Below, one piece after another: positions 38,269 through 51,340 of a stretch of DNA of 64,000 nt. How positions within the stretch are numbered: position 1 is the stretch's first letter; the number at the start of each line of letters is the position of its first letter. The notes below the pieces were generated by a model, which searched no databases, was not told the origin of the DNA, and saw only the letters and a program-made list of their open reading frames with translations. The DNA comes from Octopus bimaculoides (taxonomy: Eukaryota). The stretch lies in contig NC_069004.1 in assembly GCF_001194135.2 (NCBI RefSeq), forward strand, positions 15,750,905 through 15,814,904, given 5' to 3'. Made by a program: the position numbers and the translations under genes.

Positions 38269-39702
38269 CAGGGATCTATCCCAATGCAGGAAACATGTTA
38301 TAATTTTTCCTGCTCCCAAGAAAAGGAAACTTCTCAAACTTTACCAATTAATGTTCCACACAGAATTTGAGAAAACTGGTGGCAAAAATTACAGTAAAAA
38401 TAATGAATTTTGGAAAGTCCAAGTTTGTTTTATGATTTTGGCAGGAGAGAGAGCAATACCTATGATAATTTTTAGGGTTTTTGAGAGTAGTGGGAGGGAG
38501 GCAGGAGTGTATCTGCAACCAGGAGACCTGACCCAAATACAAGCAATAGAGCGGACTCCTCTAATAAAGGCAGAGTGAAAGGTAAAGACCCCCCTTCAGA
38601 CATAACCATGGGATTGCACCTAGAAAGTTCCCCTCCAAAGCACAAGTCCAGGCAAGGTTGTTTATGGAAGACCAGCAATCACCCATGCATGCCAGCCTCC
38701 TCTCCCCATGCCACCAATGTTATCCAAGGGAAAGACAAAGGCCAATACAGCTTGGCACCAATAATGGTCACAACTCCTACAGCTGAGTGAACTGGAGCAA
38801 CGTGAAACAGAGTGTCTTGTTCAAGAACACAACACACAGCTCAGTCTGGGAATCAAACTCATTACCTCATGATTGTGTGCCCAATGCTCTAACCACTGAG
38901 CCAAATGGTAGTGTTAAGCTGGGCAATGGAATAAGTCTACTGTCCATGTAGGCCACAGGTACAATTTGAACTCAGAATGCAAAGAGCTGGAATAAATATC
39001 ACAAGACATTCTGTCTGATGCTCTGCCAAGCAAGTATCCTCAATAGGTACTTTATTTTATAAAACCAAGAAGGATGAAAGACATGATTTGAACTCAGAGT
39101 GCAAAGGGCTAAAATAAATATTACAAAGGGTTTTATCCAACACTCTAAGAACTTTACCAATACTTTAGCAGGACTGAGAGAACATAAAATGTAGTGACCC
39201 TCACTTCTAAAATATGATGGAAACAGTCATAAACAGCAATGTCATAGATCACCACTTTGAGACTGTCTCTTCTCAGTGACCACAAATGTTGTTTCTAGGG
39301 AGCAGATCTGCCAGAGATGTTAATGCCCATGTCATATTTTAGTGGTCTCTTGAAAACTTGAAAACGGTTAAATTTAACAGATTATAAGAAAATAGAATAT
39401 TTCTACAGAAATATTCTATATATTATATATTATATATTTCTATATGATAGTTTCATATCATACATTGAAAGTGTACGTCTGATCTCTCAATTGCAGAATG
39501 CATTGATAAAGGCTTCACCAATCTATACACTATCAGCTCTTGTGTACCATATGGTTCAATTATGTCTCCAAATACCTATAATAGTGTATGATAAATTGAT
39601 CTCACTCCATAAAATGAATAGTGTGTGTGTGTGTGTGTGTAGGGGGTCATTGAAAGATTTTTGAGAATCATTTCTAGCTGAACAGAATTATACTCAACTT
39701 AC

Positions 39703-39995
39703 CTCCAAGGGATCCCATTACAATAGAGGCAAGGCCAATAAAAGTTTGTGAAAAACCTAAGGCCATTGCATAATGTTCTTTGCCAAGAATATTTAAACAG
39801 AGGGTTGGAACAACAGAGTTCCTTATCCCTACAAATAAAGCTGATATTATTAGCATGATACATAGTAATGTGAAACTGTTTATAAATGGTAAAGAGAAAA
39901 GTACAGTACTGGAGACAAATCCACTAATAAAGAGAAGAAAGATTTCTGAAGGCCGACATTTACTTGGTAAAAAGGACATTCCTGCTGTCAGACCC
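39703..39995 (-). CDS. SLC16/MCT-family transporter exon (TM9-TM11)
   Basis: Acceptor tatttctatttccag and donor G|gtaagt; 293 nt, phase 2->1. Encodes GLTAGMSFLPSKCRPSEIFLLFISGFV...VVPTLCLNILGKEHYAMALGFSQTFIGLASIVMGSLG. Confidence 0.88.
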
Positions 39996-40245
39996 CTGGA
40001 AATAGAAATACAATAAATAAATAAATAAATAAATATATGAATGAATAAATATAAGTACTTCCAATTGATTATCATCATCATTATTATCAATGACTTTTGA
40101 ATTACTATAATTGGACTTGGCATTTTAATACTTGATCAAGATTGACTGTCTAAAGTGTTCACATTTAAATTTAAATCTTGATAAAAGTCTTCTTATAGCA
40201 ACTATATGATGAGATTTCATGTGTGATGATGAAGATCATCATCAT

Positions 40246-40310
<65 letters not shown>

Positions 40311-40311
40311 C

Positions 40312-40342
<31 letters not shown>

Positions 40343-40519
40343 AAGAGAGAGAGAGAGACAGAGAGAGACAGAGAGAGAGAGAGATGTCAACAATAAGTAA
40401 TAGAGGCAGGAGTGATATTAAGGAGAGAGCATCTGGATAGCAAATGAAAAGTCCAATAGTGGAACTCATTACACAGTGGTATGATGGGAGAAAGATGCAG
40501 TGATAATAGGGACTCTTTC

Positions 40520-40700
40520 TCATTACCAACATCATCATCATCCTTTTACATCTGATTTTCCATGCTTGCAGAGGTTGGGCAAGTCTTCCTTGGCACAGCA
40601 TTTTACCATTTAATGTGATCCTTTCTCATCTTTATGATGTTCGGCCTCTGGAAATCAATCTTCACCACTTTTCTCAATGTCTTCATTATTCTCTCACTTC
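40520..40700 (-). mobile_element. RTE LINE 3' end fragment
   Basis: Minus strand ends gcatggaaaatcagatgtaaaaggatgatgatg, the same tail as 61303 and 16996-17125. Confidence 0.5.
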
Positions 40701-40895
40701 CACAAGTTGCATTCACTTATTATACATTGACAAACAGCAGTTTCCTCTGAAATGGTCTGCAGAACTATAATAATTGACTCCCCAATTACAATACTCAGTG
40801 GGGGTTCTACAATTTCAGTGCTCAATGGAAATCCTACAATTTTTAAGAGACACCAAAGACTTATTTTTTCTTTCATATATGATAATGAAAGAGAA

Positions 40896-40929
<34 letters not shown>

Positions 40930-41390
40930 TAAAAGAAGACTAGTGGTAGAAAGGGTGTAAGAAATGAGAGAGGGGAAAGTGGGATGTGTGTGAAAGAAGA
41001 GAAGATGCTGATGAAAGAAAAAGTATAAAGAGAATGAGAGAGGAAAGGGAATGATGAAGATAGGTCAGAAGATGTCAAAAAAGAAAAAGAGTAGGATGGA
41101 TGTAAATAGAACAGACAGACAAACAACTGAATATATAAATAGATAAGTAGATGAAAGAGGAGGAGAGAGAAAGAGAGTGAATTGAAAGAAAAGAGGGAGA
41201 AAGGAGAGAAAGGGATGTGAGGAAGGTGGATGAGAGGTAGATAGATAGAAGAGAATGAGAGAGAGGGGGAGGAAGGAAAGAGACAGTTAGAGAGAAACAA
41301 AACATAGATAGATAGATAGACAAGGAGAGAGGGAGAGAGAGAAATTATGAAGAGAAACAAAGTGACAGTAAACTGCAAATAATTACGAAC

Positions 41391-41543
41391 CTTGCTAAAA
41401 GTGCTGCAAAGGACTGGGCACTCAAGATAAAGACAGCTTTACCTTTGCTATAACCACGCTCTATGAAGTAATCTACCATGATGACAATAACAGCACTGAG
41501 GGTACTGTTCATGATGCTTAGACTCAGCATTGTCAGCACATAC
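41391..41543 (-). CDS. SLC16/MCT-family transporter exon (TM7-TM8)
   Basis: Acceptor ctgacccgtatcctcttgttggcag and donor AG|gttcgt; 153 nt, phase 2->2. Encodes (K)YVLTMLSLSIMNSTLSAVIVIMVDYFIERGYSKGKAVFILSAQSFAALLA(R). Confidence 0.85.
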
Positions 41544-41745
41544 CTGCCAACAAGAGGATACGGGTCAGTCAGTGAAAATAGGGGTTTTAAACATGTAATC
41601 GTTGAAAGTAAGGTTTTGTTATTTGTATGCTGATGGCCAGACATTCAAAGATCAGATTGAAAATAGACAAAAGAAAGACATAAATAAAACAAGATAGACA
41701 GACATAGAAAAGAGAGAGATAGAAAGGAGAGAGAGNNNNNNNNNN

Positions 41746-41789
<44 letters not shown>

Positions 41790-41894
41790 CACACATACAC
41801 ACACAGAAAAGAGAAACAGACAGTGAGAAGAGTAAGGGAGAGGGATAAGCAAAAGAGGAAGACACAAAAACAAGAGGAAGATAGCATTCTAGAC

Positions 41895-42240
41895 ATGAAA
41901 GAGAGTTAGTCCCTATCCTCACCAAAATCTTCAATCAATTTCTCTGCAAGGATCTACCCAGACCTTTCACTCCCAAATCTCAGCTACATGCTATGCCAGA
42001 TGTGCACTGATTCCAAAAAACAGACCACAATCTCCAATAGAGCCCTGCTGGACTTGTCTCCTTCCAAAGCATAAAAGAGACAATCACAGCACATATCTAG
42101 AAAAGAATCAAATCATAAACAAACATGCAATTAGAACCCACATAATTTCAACAAACACCACAACAGACTAGAATCTCTTTTGGCTATCTCACATACTCAA
42201 CCCTTGAGCTTTCAATTCCTAATGGAATTGTAGAAGTGCC
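41895..42240 (+). mobile_element. LINE RT N-terminal fragment (CR1/Jockey-like)
   Basis: ELVPILTKIFNQFL, LIPK and LEKNQII remnants. Confidence 0.45.
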
Positions 42241-43673
42241 AGTATTAATAATAGCATTTTCAGCTTAGCAGAACCTAATCTTGACCACAGCTAAGGTATC
42301 ACTCCCAGTACTTCATTTGTTGACCCTGAAAGGGTAGAAAGTAAAGTGATCTTAGCAAGATTTGAACTCATAGTGCTGAGACATGGAATGAATACTGCCA
42401 GACATTCTGTCCAATGTTCTAATGACTGCTACTTCACCACTATGTTTTAACTCCAGCCATTAACTTGTAGTTTCTTAGGAACATCAACCATGTCAAACCC
42501 AATTTGGTTTCAGAGGGTCCCTGAAGGCAATGGTCACAGCCCATCCTCAAGTGTAAACTATTAATGAAAGAAACAATGAGGGAGAGAGAGAGAGAGGAGA
42601 GAGAGATTGGCAGAGAAGTAAGAGAGAAGGGGGTGGGACAGAAAGTCAGAAACCTGTCATATAAATAAATACACATATAGATATATATGTAGATATATAT
42701 GTGTGAGTGTTTGCATTTGTCCTCCACCACTACCTGACATCTGGTGTTGGTTTGATGAACTTAGCAGTTCATCAAAAGAGGCTGATAGACAAAGTATCAG
42801 GTTTATAAAAATAAGAGCTAGGGTTGATCTGTTTGACTAGAACCTTTCAAGGCACTGCCCCAGCATGGCCCCTATCCAATGACTGAAACAAATAAAAGAT
42901 AAGCAGTGGACCAACAAGACAGCCCCCTATTGAGCTACCAAATATGCTAAAAATAGCAATTAAATTTTCTGAAAATCACACAAAATAATCTTAAAAAGGA
43001 AGGCAATATTGGACAATGTAATCCAAAACAGGATATAGTGTGGTTGCAGTGGTACCTTCTACCATCATTACTTTATCTTCAGTTCACATCAAACCCATAT
43101 TAACTTTCTCCCCCTACAAACTCATTGCCTTCTACATACTCATTAACTATCACTTTGCTCTACGCACACATACACACATACTAGCTATATCTCACCTCTA
43201 CACATATGCACTCACACGCACACACACATTCACCATTTTTCTCCCCTCTGCCCATTAAATATCTCCCCTACACATTAATCCTGTCATCCCTCTGCCCATT
43301 AAATATCTCTCACCCTTACACATTTATCTTCTCACCCCTACACACTGGCCAACAAGTTGGTGCAGCCAGAAAAGCAGTTAAAATTCTCCTCATACCACAC
43401 TGTGTTAAGTAAATGTAGACTAACGCAATTTGGATGACAGCCCTGATGCATTGCCTGGAAAGAAGATAGGATGGTCATTGCTTGAATGCTCTGATCATAT
43501 GTCTATTTAATTAGAATTGACTTGGAACTAATTATCAACAATGATAACAGCCAGCTTTCCCTTACTCATTAAGAATTAAAAAAAGCAAATGTATCATAAA
43601 ATTCAAAAATCCATCAAGCAAACATGCATTTTACAGACAATTAATGAAAGTACAAACTCTATGTAGCACCAAC

Positions 43674-43986
43674 TTGGTATTTTTTAACACAGAGAAATTC
43701 CAGGTTTTCTTTTGAACGTCTGTATTTTTTCTACTGGAAGAAGGAATAAGAAGCGGCGAGGTGGCCAGCAAGCCAAACAATATAATGTTGAGTAAGAACC
43801 CACTGATGATGAGCAACGTTCCTTGCCAGAAGTAGATTTCCATTAGAAAGTTGATGATGATAGGAAACAACAAGACTCCAGCTGGCCGGCCTGCTGTGAG
43901 GATCATGGTGAGCAATGAAGCATGGGTGTCAAACTTCTCACTAACTACCACCATTGAAGGAATGTAGACGACAGCATTTCCAATAC
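43674..43986 (-). CDS. SLC16/MCT-family transporter exon (TM4-TM6 and central loop)
   Basis: Acceptor tgttacttttag and donor AA|gttggt; 313 nt, phase 1->2. Encodes (G)IGNAVVYIPSMVVVSEKFDTHASLLTMILTAGRPAGVLLFPIIINFLMEIYFWQGTLLIISGFLLNIILFGLL...TWNFSVLKNT, including the WQGTLLI motif that corresponds to SLC16 GWRG. Confidence 0.88.
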
Positions 43987-44394
43987 CTAAAAGTAACACA
44001 AACAATTGTGAGTGATTCTGCCAGGGGTTGTAAATAATTGAGTGGAACCTTTCCAATCAATTATTTTCCTAGCAATTAATTAATTTTAATTGGGATACAG
44101 GCCAGTCATTTATTCCAATTAATCGTCAATTATTTTGCTGAATGTAAAAACACCATATATTTTGGAGTGTTAGCTTCAGTTTAGATAAGAGCCAAAATAA
44201 TAAGAAAATAAAAGGCACGTCTTATAGTTTCAAAAAACTTTATCATCAGAAAATGTTCAAAGTTCAATTTTATTGATTTAGAATAAGGAACAAACATGTA
44301 TACTCTACATTGTACAGTAGTTGAAAAACAAATAAATTGAAGGTCTAAATTCAATTGAAAGAGTTTCTCAGACGAGTCGTACAATTAAAATGTT

Positions 44395-45870
44395 CTAATA
44401 TAGCAAAAGGTCATGAACAATTGCAGATTTCTGAAGGTCTTCATCCCAGAAAGCTCAATTGACTTTTAGAAACAATTGCATTTCTAATCATTAACAGTAT
44501 AACCTGCTGAGCTGAAGAAATATTCGAAAATGTTAGATGTTGGTAACAAAAATCTACAATTCAAATATTGCTGAGGTGAAATTTTATCTTTTTTGTGGTT
44601 TTTCAAATTGAAGCAAAATCATTACCCACAGGTAAATCAGACTGTTGTGACATGTTTGTCATCACTTTCAGCTGATGTAGAGCAGCCACTTCATCTGCAA
44701 TTAGCTCTGCTTCTGCATGTTGTAAAATTTTCACAACTCCACTTCCAAATTTAGTCTGTGCACAATGGTTGCCGATGGAAGCCAATATTTTTTGAACCCC
44801 TTGTAAGGATACAATACAAGAATTTCATCAAAAAGAATTCAAGCATCTCCCAAATTTATTTCTGTTCTTTGCAAGGCAACTGTTACTGAGCGTAACTTTC
44901 CTAAATTGTCTTTTAGACTCTGCAGATCATTCTGATCATGTGGAGTCAACAGATAATCAACCAGCTTTGGATCACCTTGAAAAGCTTGAGTTGGATGTAC
45001 CTCTCAATCATGTCATAAGTAGTGGACCAACAGGTTTTATTTCTTTGTATAGGTTGCAAAGGCATTTTTTCCTGAAATTTATCTGCAAGTTTTGATGATT
45101 TTAGCTTGCCAGTCAACATATCAATTTTATCAAGGAGAACTTCCTGCTTGTTGAGATAAGCAGAAACAGCTAGATTGAATTTATGAGAGGCACACCCAAT
45201 TAATGGTATTCTACATAAATTTGCTATAGATTTGTTCACTTCAGTATTATCTCCAGTAATAGTTACAACATTTAAACAATTTTATTATAGATACTTAACG
45301 CATACTCTATAAATTTGATATAATTAGAAGCAGTGAATGATGTTTCACTTACCATTGGCAAAAATACCAACAAAACAGTACAATAATAATTTTGATAATT
45401 GCATGAATTAAATGCAAAAAGTCCAATGAAATGCAGCAAAACCTTAGTCCAACCATTGATTACCATCAAAAATTTACTTGGAAGTTCATCAGATATTTTC
45501 TTTTCCACTTCTTGAGTAAGTTTCTCCATGTATTTCTTTAAGGTCACATTTGTCATACTTTACAAGTTTGTGTATTTACGAGTCAGTGGGTCTTTAGTAA
45601 GGGAAAATTGTTTTAAACCAACACGTACCCACTCAATTCAACCATAAATATTTAAGGCCGAGCGACTGACCAAACTATTTCGTGGTGAAAGAAGATTCGA
45701 TAAAAATGGTTGTCCAGTTGCTTGTGTAGTAGAATACTCTAGATGCTAGTTATTTTTATGATTCATAAGAGTTGTCCGTCCAGACCCTTTTATTCTGGGT
45801 CAACGTTTTTCCACACTTGCATTTCCATACATGTTCACTGTCTGTTTAGTTAGAATATTTTTGCTAAAAA
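44395..45870 (-). pseudogene. Degraded hAT-superfamily transposase in an SLC16 intron
   Basis: BED-like WKCKCGK, NIYG.IEW, ELPSKFLMVINGWT (first catalytic Asp region), PLIGCASHKFNLAV (CxxH), RNKTCWSTTYDMIERY and C-terminal LLPTSNIFEYFFSSAG; frameshifts and stops. Confidence 0.85.
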
Positions 45871-46199
45871 ACAAAGATGGTGAACAAGAATTGTCCATCC
45901 ATTGAAAGGAACAACCAGTCATCCAGGATAAGAGAACAACCAAGTTGTAAAAGACAGTGACTGCTGTAGCAATAGCAACAACAAGAACAATAGTTCATGT
46001 ATGACCTATGAAAGCAATTTTCCCTTGCTTCTACACTGCCCTTCACTATAGCAGGAACAAAAGAAACCAATGATAAAAAGTGACAACACAAGTGAGCACA
46101 CTGCCACCGCCACTGCCACCACCGGTGGCAGTAGCAGGTCCACCACCACTACCAACAATAACATTGCTAATGAAAAAGACAACAAAAACAAGGCATGCA

Positions 46200-47170
46200 A
46201 ATCCAGTCGAGATGAGTTCAACTTTATGAGAGCAATCAGAGAAGTAAGAGAGGATATTTTTATAGACAAAAATAAATTCAAGAGTGTGAAATATATGTTG
46301 GAGAAATATGGGAGAAATGTAGCATTAAACATTCCTAGAACTGTGCAACAAGAAATTAATTTACAAACAGTTCTACATAAAACAATTGGAGTCAAAAGTA
46401 GGAAAGTGGAGCAGGCAACACAGAAGCAAATAGAGAAATGCTTAAAACCAGTTTGAAAAAGCAAACTTATGTAGCCAGTGGGAAGAAATATAGGACTGTC
46501 AAGGTGAGATTTGCTTCAGAGGAGAAGGCTAAAAATAATTCGACAGCTACCCTAATGAATAACAAACTCATTCTCATCCCCATTTACCTTGGTCAATGAG
46601 TATTCAGAATCAGAATATTCAACATCCCCACCAGAGATAAACATCTGCTGGTTAGTAACTGCAATTCTCCTTGACATAGAAGAGAAAACCATGATTCTGC
46701 AAATACAGAAGACACACAAGCAGAACTGGTTAGGACAGGAGATGCAGGTATTGATACAAGCTGAGCAGGTGAGTGTGGAGGCTATCCTAGACTACATAAG
46801 CCTACAAGATGGCACAAAGCTTCACACGACTGTTGAGGGCAGAAAGTCAAGATATCACTTGTCCGGGATACAAACTACCTCAAAGCTTTCTGCCCACAAC
46901 AAAAGAGAGAAATGAGCTCTCCAATTTTACTGACACCGCTACCACCACTACAGCAACAATGATAACAGGCCAGCAAAAATAGGTAACTACTACAGCTACA
47001 AAATCAACAGTAACAGTAGTAGCAGCAACTACAATCACAGAAGTACCAACAGCAGTAGCAGCAACTACAATCACAGAAGTACCAACAGCAGTAGCAGCAT
47101 CAAGAACAACAGCAGAGAAACTACCAATCAATAAAGAGAGCATAACACAAAACAAAATAAAGAACAAATA
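46200..47170 (+). mobile_element. Degraded gag/ORF1-like region of a non-LTR retrotransposon
   Basis: Broken reading frame TVKVRFASEEKA, IRIFNIP.EINICWLV and TVEGRKSRYHLSG (a decayed CCHC knuckle position), followed by a Thr/Ala-rich tail with a 36-bp tandem duplication. Confidence 0.45.
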
Positions 47171-47751
47171 AAAATTCAAAATTGAAAATGATGTTGGCAA
47201 AGATTTTTGGCAGAAAATTCAAGGAGTAAATTTAAGCTTCTTTGTGCACCGTGAATGTTGAGCAACAAGAGTATCTCGTTTTAAACACTAGCAATAGTCT
47301 GCTATCATTAAAACATCCCAACGTCCTTGGTACTGAGTTTCCATCTCCTTGATGTCCTGATGGAATCGTTTGCCTTGTTCAGCGCTAACATCTCCAAGAT
47401 TTTCAAGAAAACAATCAAGACGACTAGAAAGCTAATGCATTTTGATGCTCATAATTATTAATATTATTTTTACTATTTGACAGTTGATTGTTTCAAGCAG
47501 ATTTCTTCTGTGTCACCTACTACACTTTTATGTTGCTGAGGTGTGTGCAACATTGTGTGCTCTTTTTTGTTGTTAGGGGATTGCAAACTCTTTCTGGATA
47601 TTGGTAATGCATACGTTTGTTTTGTTATGGTTGCAGTCTTTTGTTATATTAGTGTTTGTATTATGTGTTGTCTGTATAATGTGAGTTGTTCTTACGTTGG
47701 GTATCTGGCCTGTAGAGTACATGTTGTGGGTTTTTTTTGACTTTATTGGAT

Positions 47752-49854
47752 ACTAGCAGAAATACCTGGCGTTGCCTGGGTTAAAGAAAATAATGAAATT
47801 TAAAAATGCCATTTAGATCTCTAACATGAAATATAGAAAGTTAAAGAAGTGATTTTAAATTCTCAATCGCAGAATAATGCTAATAATATAGCCTGAACAG
47901 GATAAACTACCCCTATTTTGCAGAGAAAAGTGTAGGTGGCTAGCTGTACTACTCAGGTCTTACTTCCTAGTAGCTGAGATACCAACTTTATACGTTAATA
48001 ACCCGACATTTCCCAGGTTATTGAAAATAATGAAATTTAAGTATGCCTTTTAAATCTCTAAGTAAAATGAAGCGTGGATTATGCAATTCTCAACAGTAAT
48101 TAGCTGAAGTACAAACTATTAATGTCAATAACATGTTTTATCCGATGTTCTCATTGTTAAAATTGTTAAAAAACCAGGTAGTTCTTTGTCTTTGTAATCA
48201 CCTTCAATTGTCAATACTTATTTGAAACATGTTGAACCCGAAAATGCATAAATTTGAGAGGAACCGTCCTGCGGGCGCTCCCCTCCTGTTAATAAGTACA
48301 TTTAACAAAAATTCTATCAGATGACATGAGTATAAAGAAATATATTGAAACAAATCTGGAAATCACTCACAGTTTAATTGTCTAGAGCTTCTGAATTTAC
48401 GATGTTTTGAGTGTGTCCTTTAATTGGTGTANNNNNNNNNNNNNNNNNNNNNNNNNNNNNNNNNNNNNNNNNNNNNNNNNNNNNNNNNNNNNNNNNNNNN
48501 NNNNNNNNNNNNNNNNNNNNNNNNNNNNNNNNNNNNNNNNNNNNNNNNNNNNNNNNNNNNNNNNNNNNNNNNNNNNNNNNNNNNNNNNNNNNNNNNNNNN
48601 NNNNNNNNNNNNNNNNNNNNNNNNNNNNNNNNNNNNNNNNNNNNNNNNNNNNNNNNNNNNNNNNNNNNNNNNNNNNNNNNNNNNNNNNNNNNNNNNNNNN
48701 NNNNNNNNNNNNNNNNNNNNNNNNNNNNNNNNNNNNNNNNNNNNNNNNNNNNNNNNNNNNNNNNNNNNNNNNNNNNNNNNNNNNNNNNNNNNNNNNNNNN
48801 NNNNNNNNNNNNNNNNNNNNNNNNNNNNNNNNNAAAATTCACCTGAGTCCACTTCAATTTGTCTTAACTTTCAGAAAAATGGATATGCTTTAATGAATTC
48901 TCTACAACTATACCTCGGACTATATAGATTCCAAGCATGTAAGATTTGTTGTTGGGGGGTGGGGGTGGGGGGAAGAACAAGTCATCCATATTTATTTCAG
49001 TTTCTTCGTTTTGTGCATTTGTGCATCTGTATATAACCCTTAAACCTAATTGTAAAATTTCTGGAAGAAAATTGAAAAGTTAAGGAGTCGGTGTATTAAA
49101 AAGTCTAAAAGTAGATCTTTTTGCATATTCAGAATCTCTGTTGAAGACAAGGTCGGAATCTGTAGAAAAAAAAAAAATTACGAAGGGGTGGCATGCTTAT
49201 TCTCAGTGTCCTCACACACACATATACATATATATATAATGAAAAAGTTCAAACGGGAATTATTCCATTCCATATCATGTTTATTATAGATTATGTTACA
49301 AATTATACTTTACACTTCTATATTTAACTGTGCGTGTATATTCCTTATTTTTGCTTCTGATGTCTCCTGCCTTTCTATTAGACTGTTTATCTGGGAATTT
49401 ACTTAAAGTGAAAAAAATTCATGGTTAATGTTAACATTATTATCTAGAAACAAAATTGTACAATATAGAGTACCTCATTTAATTGATTGAGAAAAAGGCG
49501 TCTATCGCCGCATGAAATGTTTTTTCTGACACAAAAGTACCTTTAGAAATTCTTTTTTTTTATCAGAAATCATCACAACTGTAATAATGTATACATACAT
49601 GTGTGTGTAAATAGCTGGTTAGAACGCCAAAGACAGTATATTCAAACACAGGAAGTTGAGAAAACGATTTGAAGAAGGGAATCATTATATATAGAGAAAT
49701 ATTATTTACTTTTAATAAAAAAAAAAAATCAAGACCGTATTATTCTTTCCAAGGTCAAATTATTCATGTACCCCAAGTATGGTACAGATTGATCCAGAGG
49801 TTTGAGCATGCATAGAGGACACACACACAGACAGGGTATTTTATATATTAAGAT
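47752..49854 (+). mobile_element. Helentron-associated non-autonomous element (HINE/DINE-1-like), gap inside
   Basis: 5' end actagcagaaatACCTGGCGTTGCCTGGGT hairpin with a second copy near 48000; 3' end ...gattgatccagaggttt...acacacacagacagggtattttatatattaagat. It is not proven that both ends belong to one element. Confidence 0.55.
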
Positions 49855-50334
49855 TTACTGTATAGAGTGTGTCTTGTTTTTGTGGGTTGTTGTATTTGGA
49901 TTGTACTATTGAATTGATAGTATCTTGCCTAGGATGTGGGCTGTTCCACTATTATTGCATACAATGAGAGCCGTACCATTATCATCACTGTTGTTGTCAT
50001 CAGCATCATCACTACTGTCATCATTGTCATCATCATTGTTGTTGTTATTATCATTATTATAAAAATTAAATAGCAATTAACAATATATTATTAACTCTTT
50101 ATTGTGTATGAAGCTCTTAGCCTTCAAACAAATTACAATGTCTTTCTGCTATTGTTATAGTCATCATCATTGCCATTATAAGCAATAGCCATTGTGCTTC
50201 CAATACATCTCACAGCATGCAGTCTACTATTGTCTGTAAACCAAACCTAGTCTACTCTAATTAGCTGGTTACATATTCAATTCTAAAACTGACAATAGGC
50301 TCTCATGGAAAATTTAGTGTAAATGTTTACTTAC

Positions 50335-50478
50335 CAACAAAAACACCAAGCGTAAACATTAATGTGAGTATGTTCTCTGCGAAATAACTAGCAAAGGCTC
50401 CACTGAAAGACAGGATACTTCCCATTGCTATGGTTTTCCTGGCACCAATTTTGTTGCACAATATTCCACCAACGATTC
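50335..50478 (-). CDS. SLC16/MCT-family MFS transporter, first visible coding exon (TM3-TM4)
   Basis: Minus-strand acceptor ttacattttctctcag and donor G|gtaagt; 144 nt, phase 1->1. Encodes (G)IVGGILCNKIGARKTIAMGSILSFSGAFASYFAENILTLMFTLGVFV, including the MFS motif-A-like loop NKIGARK. Confidence 0.9.
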
Positions 50479-50659
50479 CTGAGAGAAAATGTAAACAAAC
50501 ATGTAACAGGTAAATGTGTGGCTGCATGCAATCAGCTCTAATAGCACTTACTCTTATGCAAATTATACAATTCACTTCACTTTAAATGCCTTAATACTGG
50601 CGTCATCCATGCATACACACACATATGTATGTACATATATGTATATGTATGTGTGTGGG

Positions 50660-50897
50660 CCCCAAATTTCATATTGACTCTTTATTCCAACTTCCTGACT
50701 ATGAGAAAAATTGCAGACTACAGCATACACATGATCACAAGAACACAAATTTCACAACTTGTGAAGTAACCACAGTGATGTCACTTAGCTCCCTACCTCA
50801 TGAGGATCACTGCTAGCTCTCACTGTGCACGCATCCATGTGCTGCCATCTGTTGGTGTGCTACAGAACTAGTATGGGAACTTTTTGATACCATCTTG
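50660..50897 (-). mobile_element. Mariner 5' end fragment, same family as 30665-30905
   Basis: The reverse complement is about 80% similar to 30670-30905, including the TIR atggtatcaaaaagttc. Confidence 0.75.
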
Positions 50898-51034
50898 AAT
50901 GTATGGAGTTTAAGATGTTTATAATGATATTATCATGGAAACCAGAAAGAAAATGAAAAGCATGAGCTTGAAGCAGCCATTTTTGGCCATGTTGTTCACA
51001 AATGTTTTTAAACAAACAAACATAATGATAAGCT

Positions 51035-51180
51035 TTATTTACATTATTTACATTTGACGGATATTCGTCCTCATCTTGTTTGTTGTTAACATTGTTGTTA
51101 ACAACAAACAAGATGAGGACGAATATCCGTCAAATGTAAATAATGTAAATAATGTAAATAATGTAAATAATGTAAATAAT
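51035..51180. repeat. Perfect 57-bp inverted repeat (4-nt loop) followed by an (AATGTAAAT)n array
   Basis: 51035-51091 is the exact reverse complement of 51096-51152; loop ttgt; the 9-bp unit is repeated about 5 times to 51180. Confidence 0.95.
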
Positions 51181-51340
51181 TCCTCATCTCTTAAATATAG
51201 AACTGTATTATAATGATAAGCTGTTGTGTCTGGGGAGAGTCATTCTCTTTTAGTGCTTTATAATTTAACACACTCACTGTGTGCATATGTATATACGTAT
51301 GTATGTATATTTGTATGTATGTATTCTGCATATTCATGTG

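Noticed and set aside
50880-51000. Hydrophobic minus-strand peptide MAKNGCFKLMLFIFFLVSMIISL as a possible SLC16 TM1 exon
   Set aside because: It ends in a stop, has no donor, and lacks SLC16 TM1 motifs.
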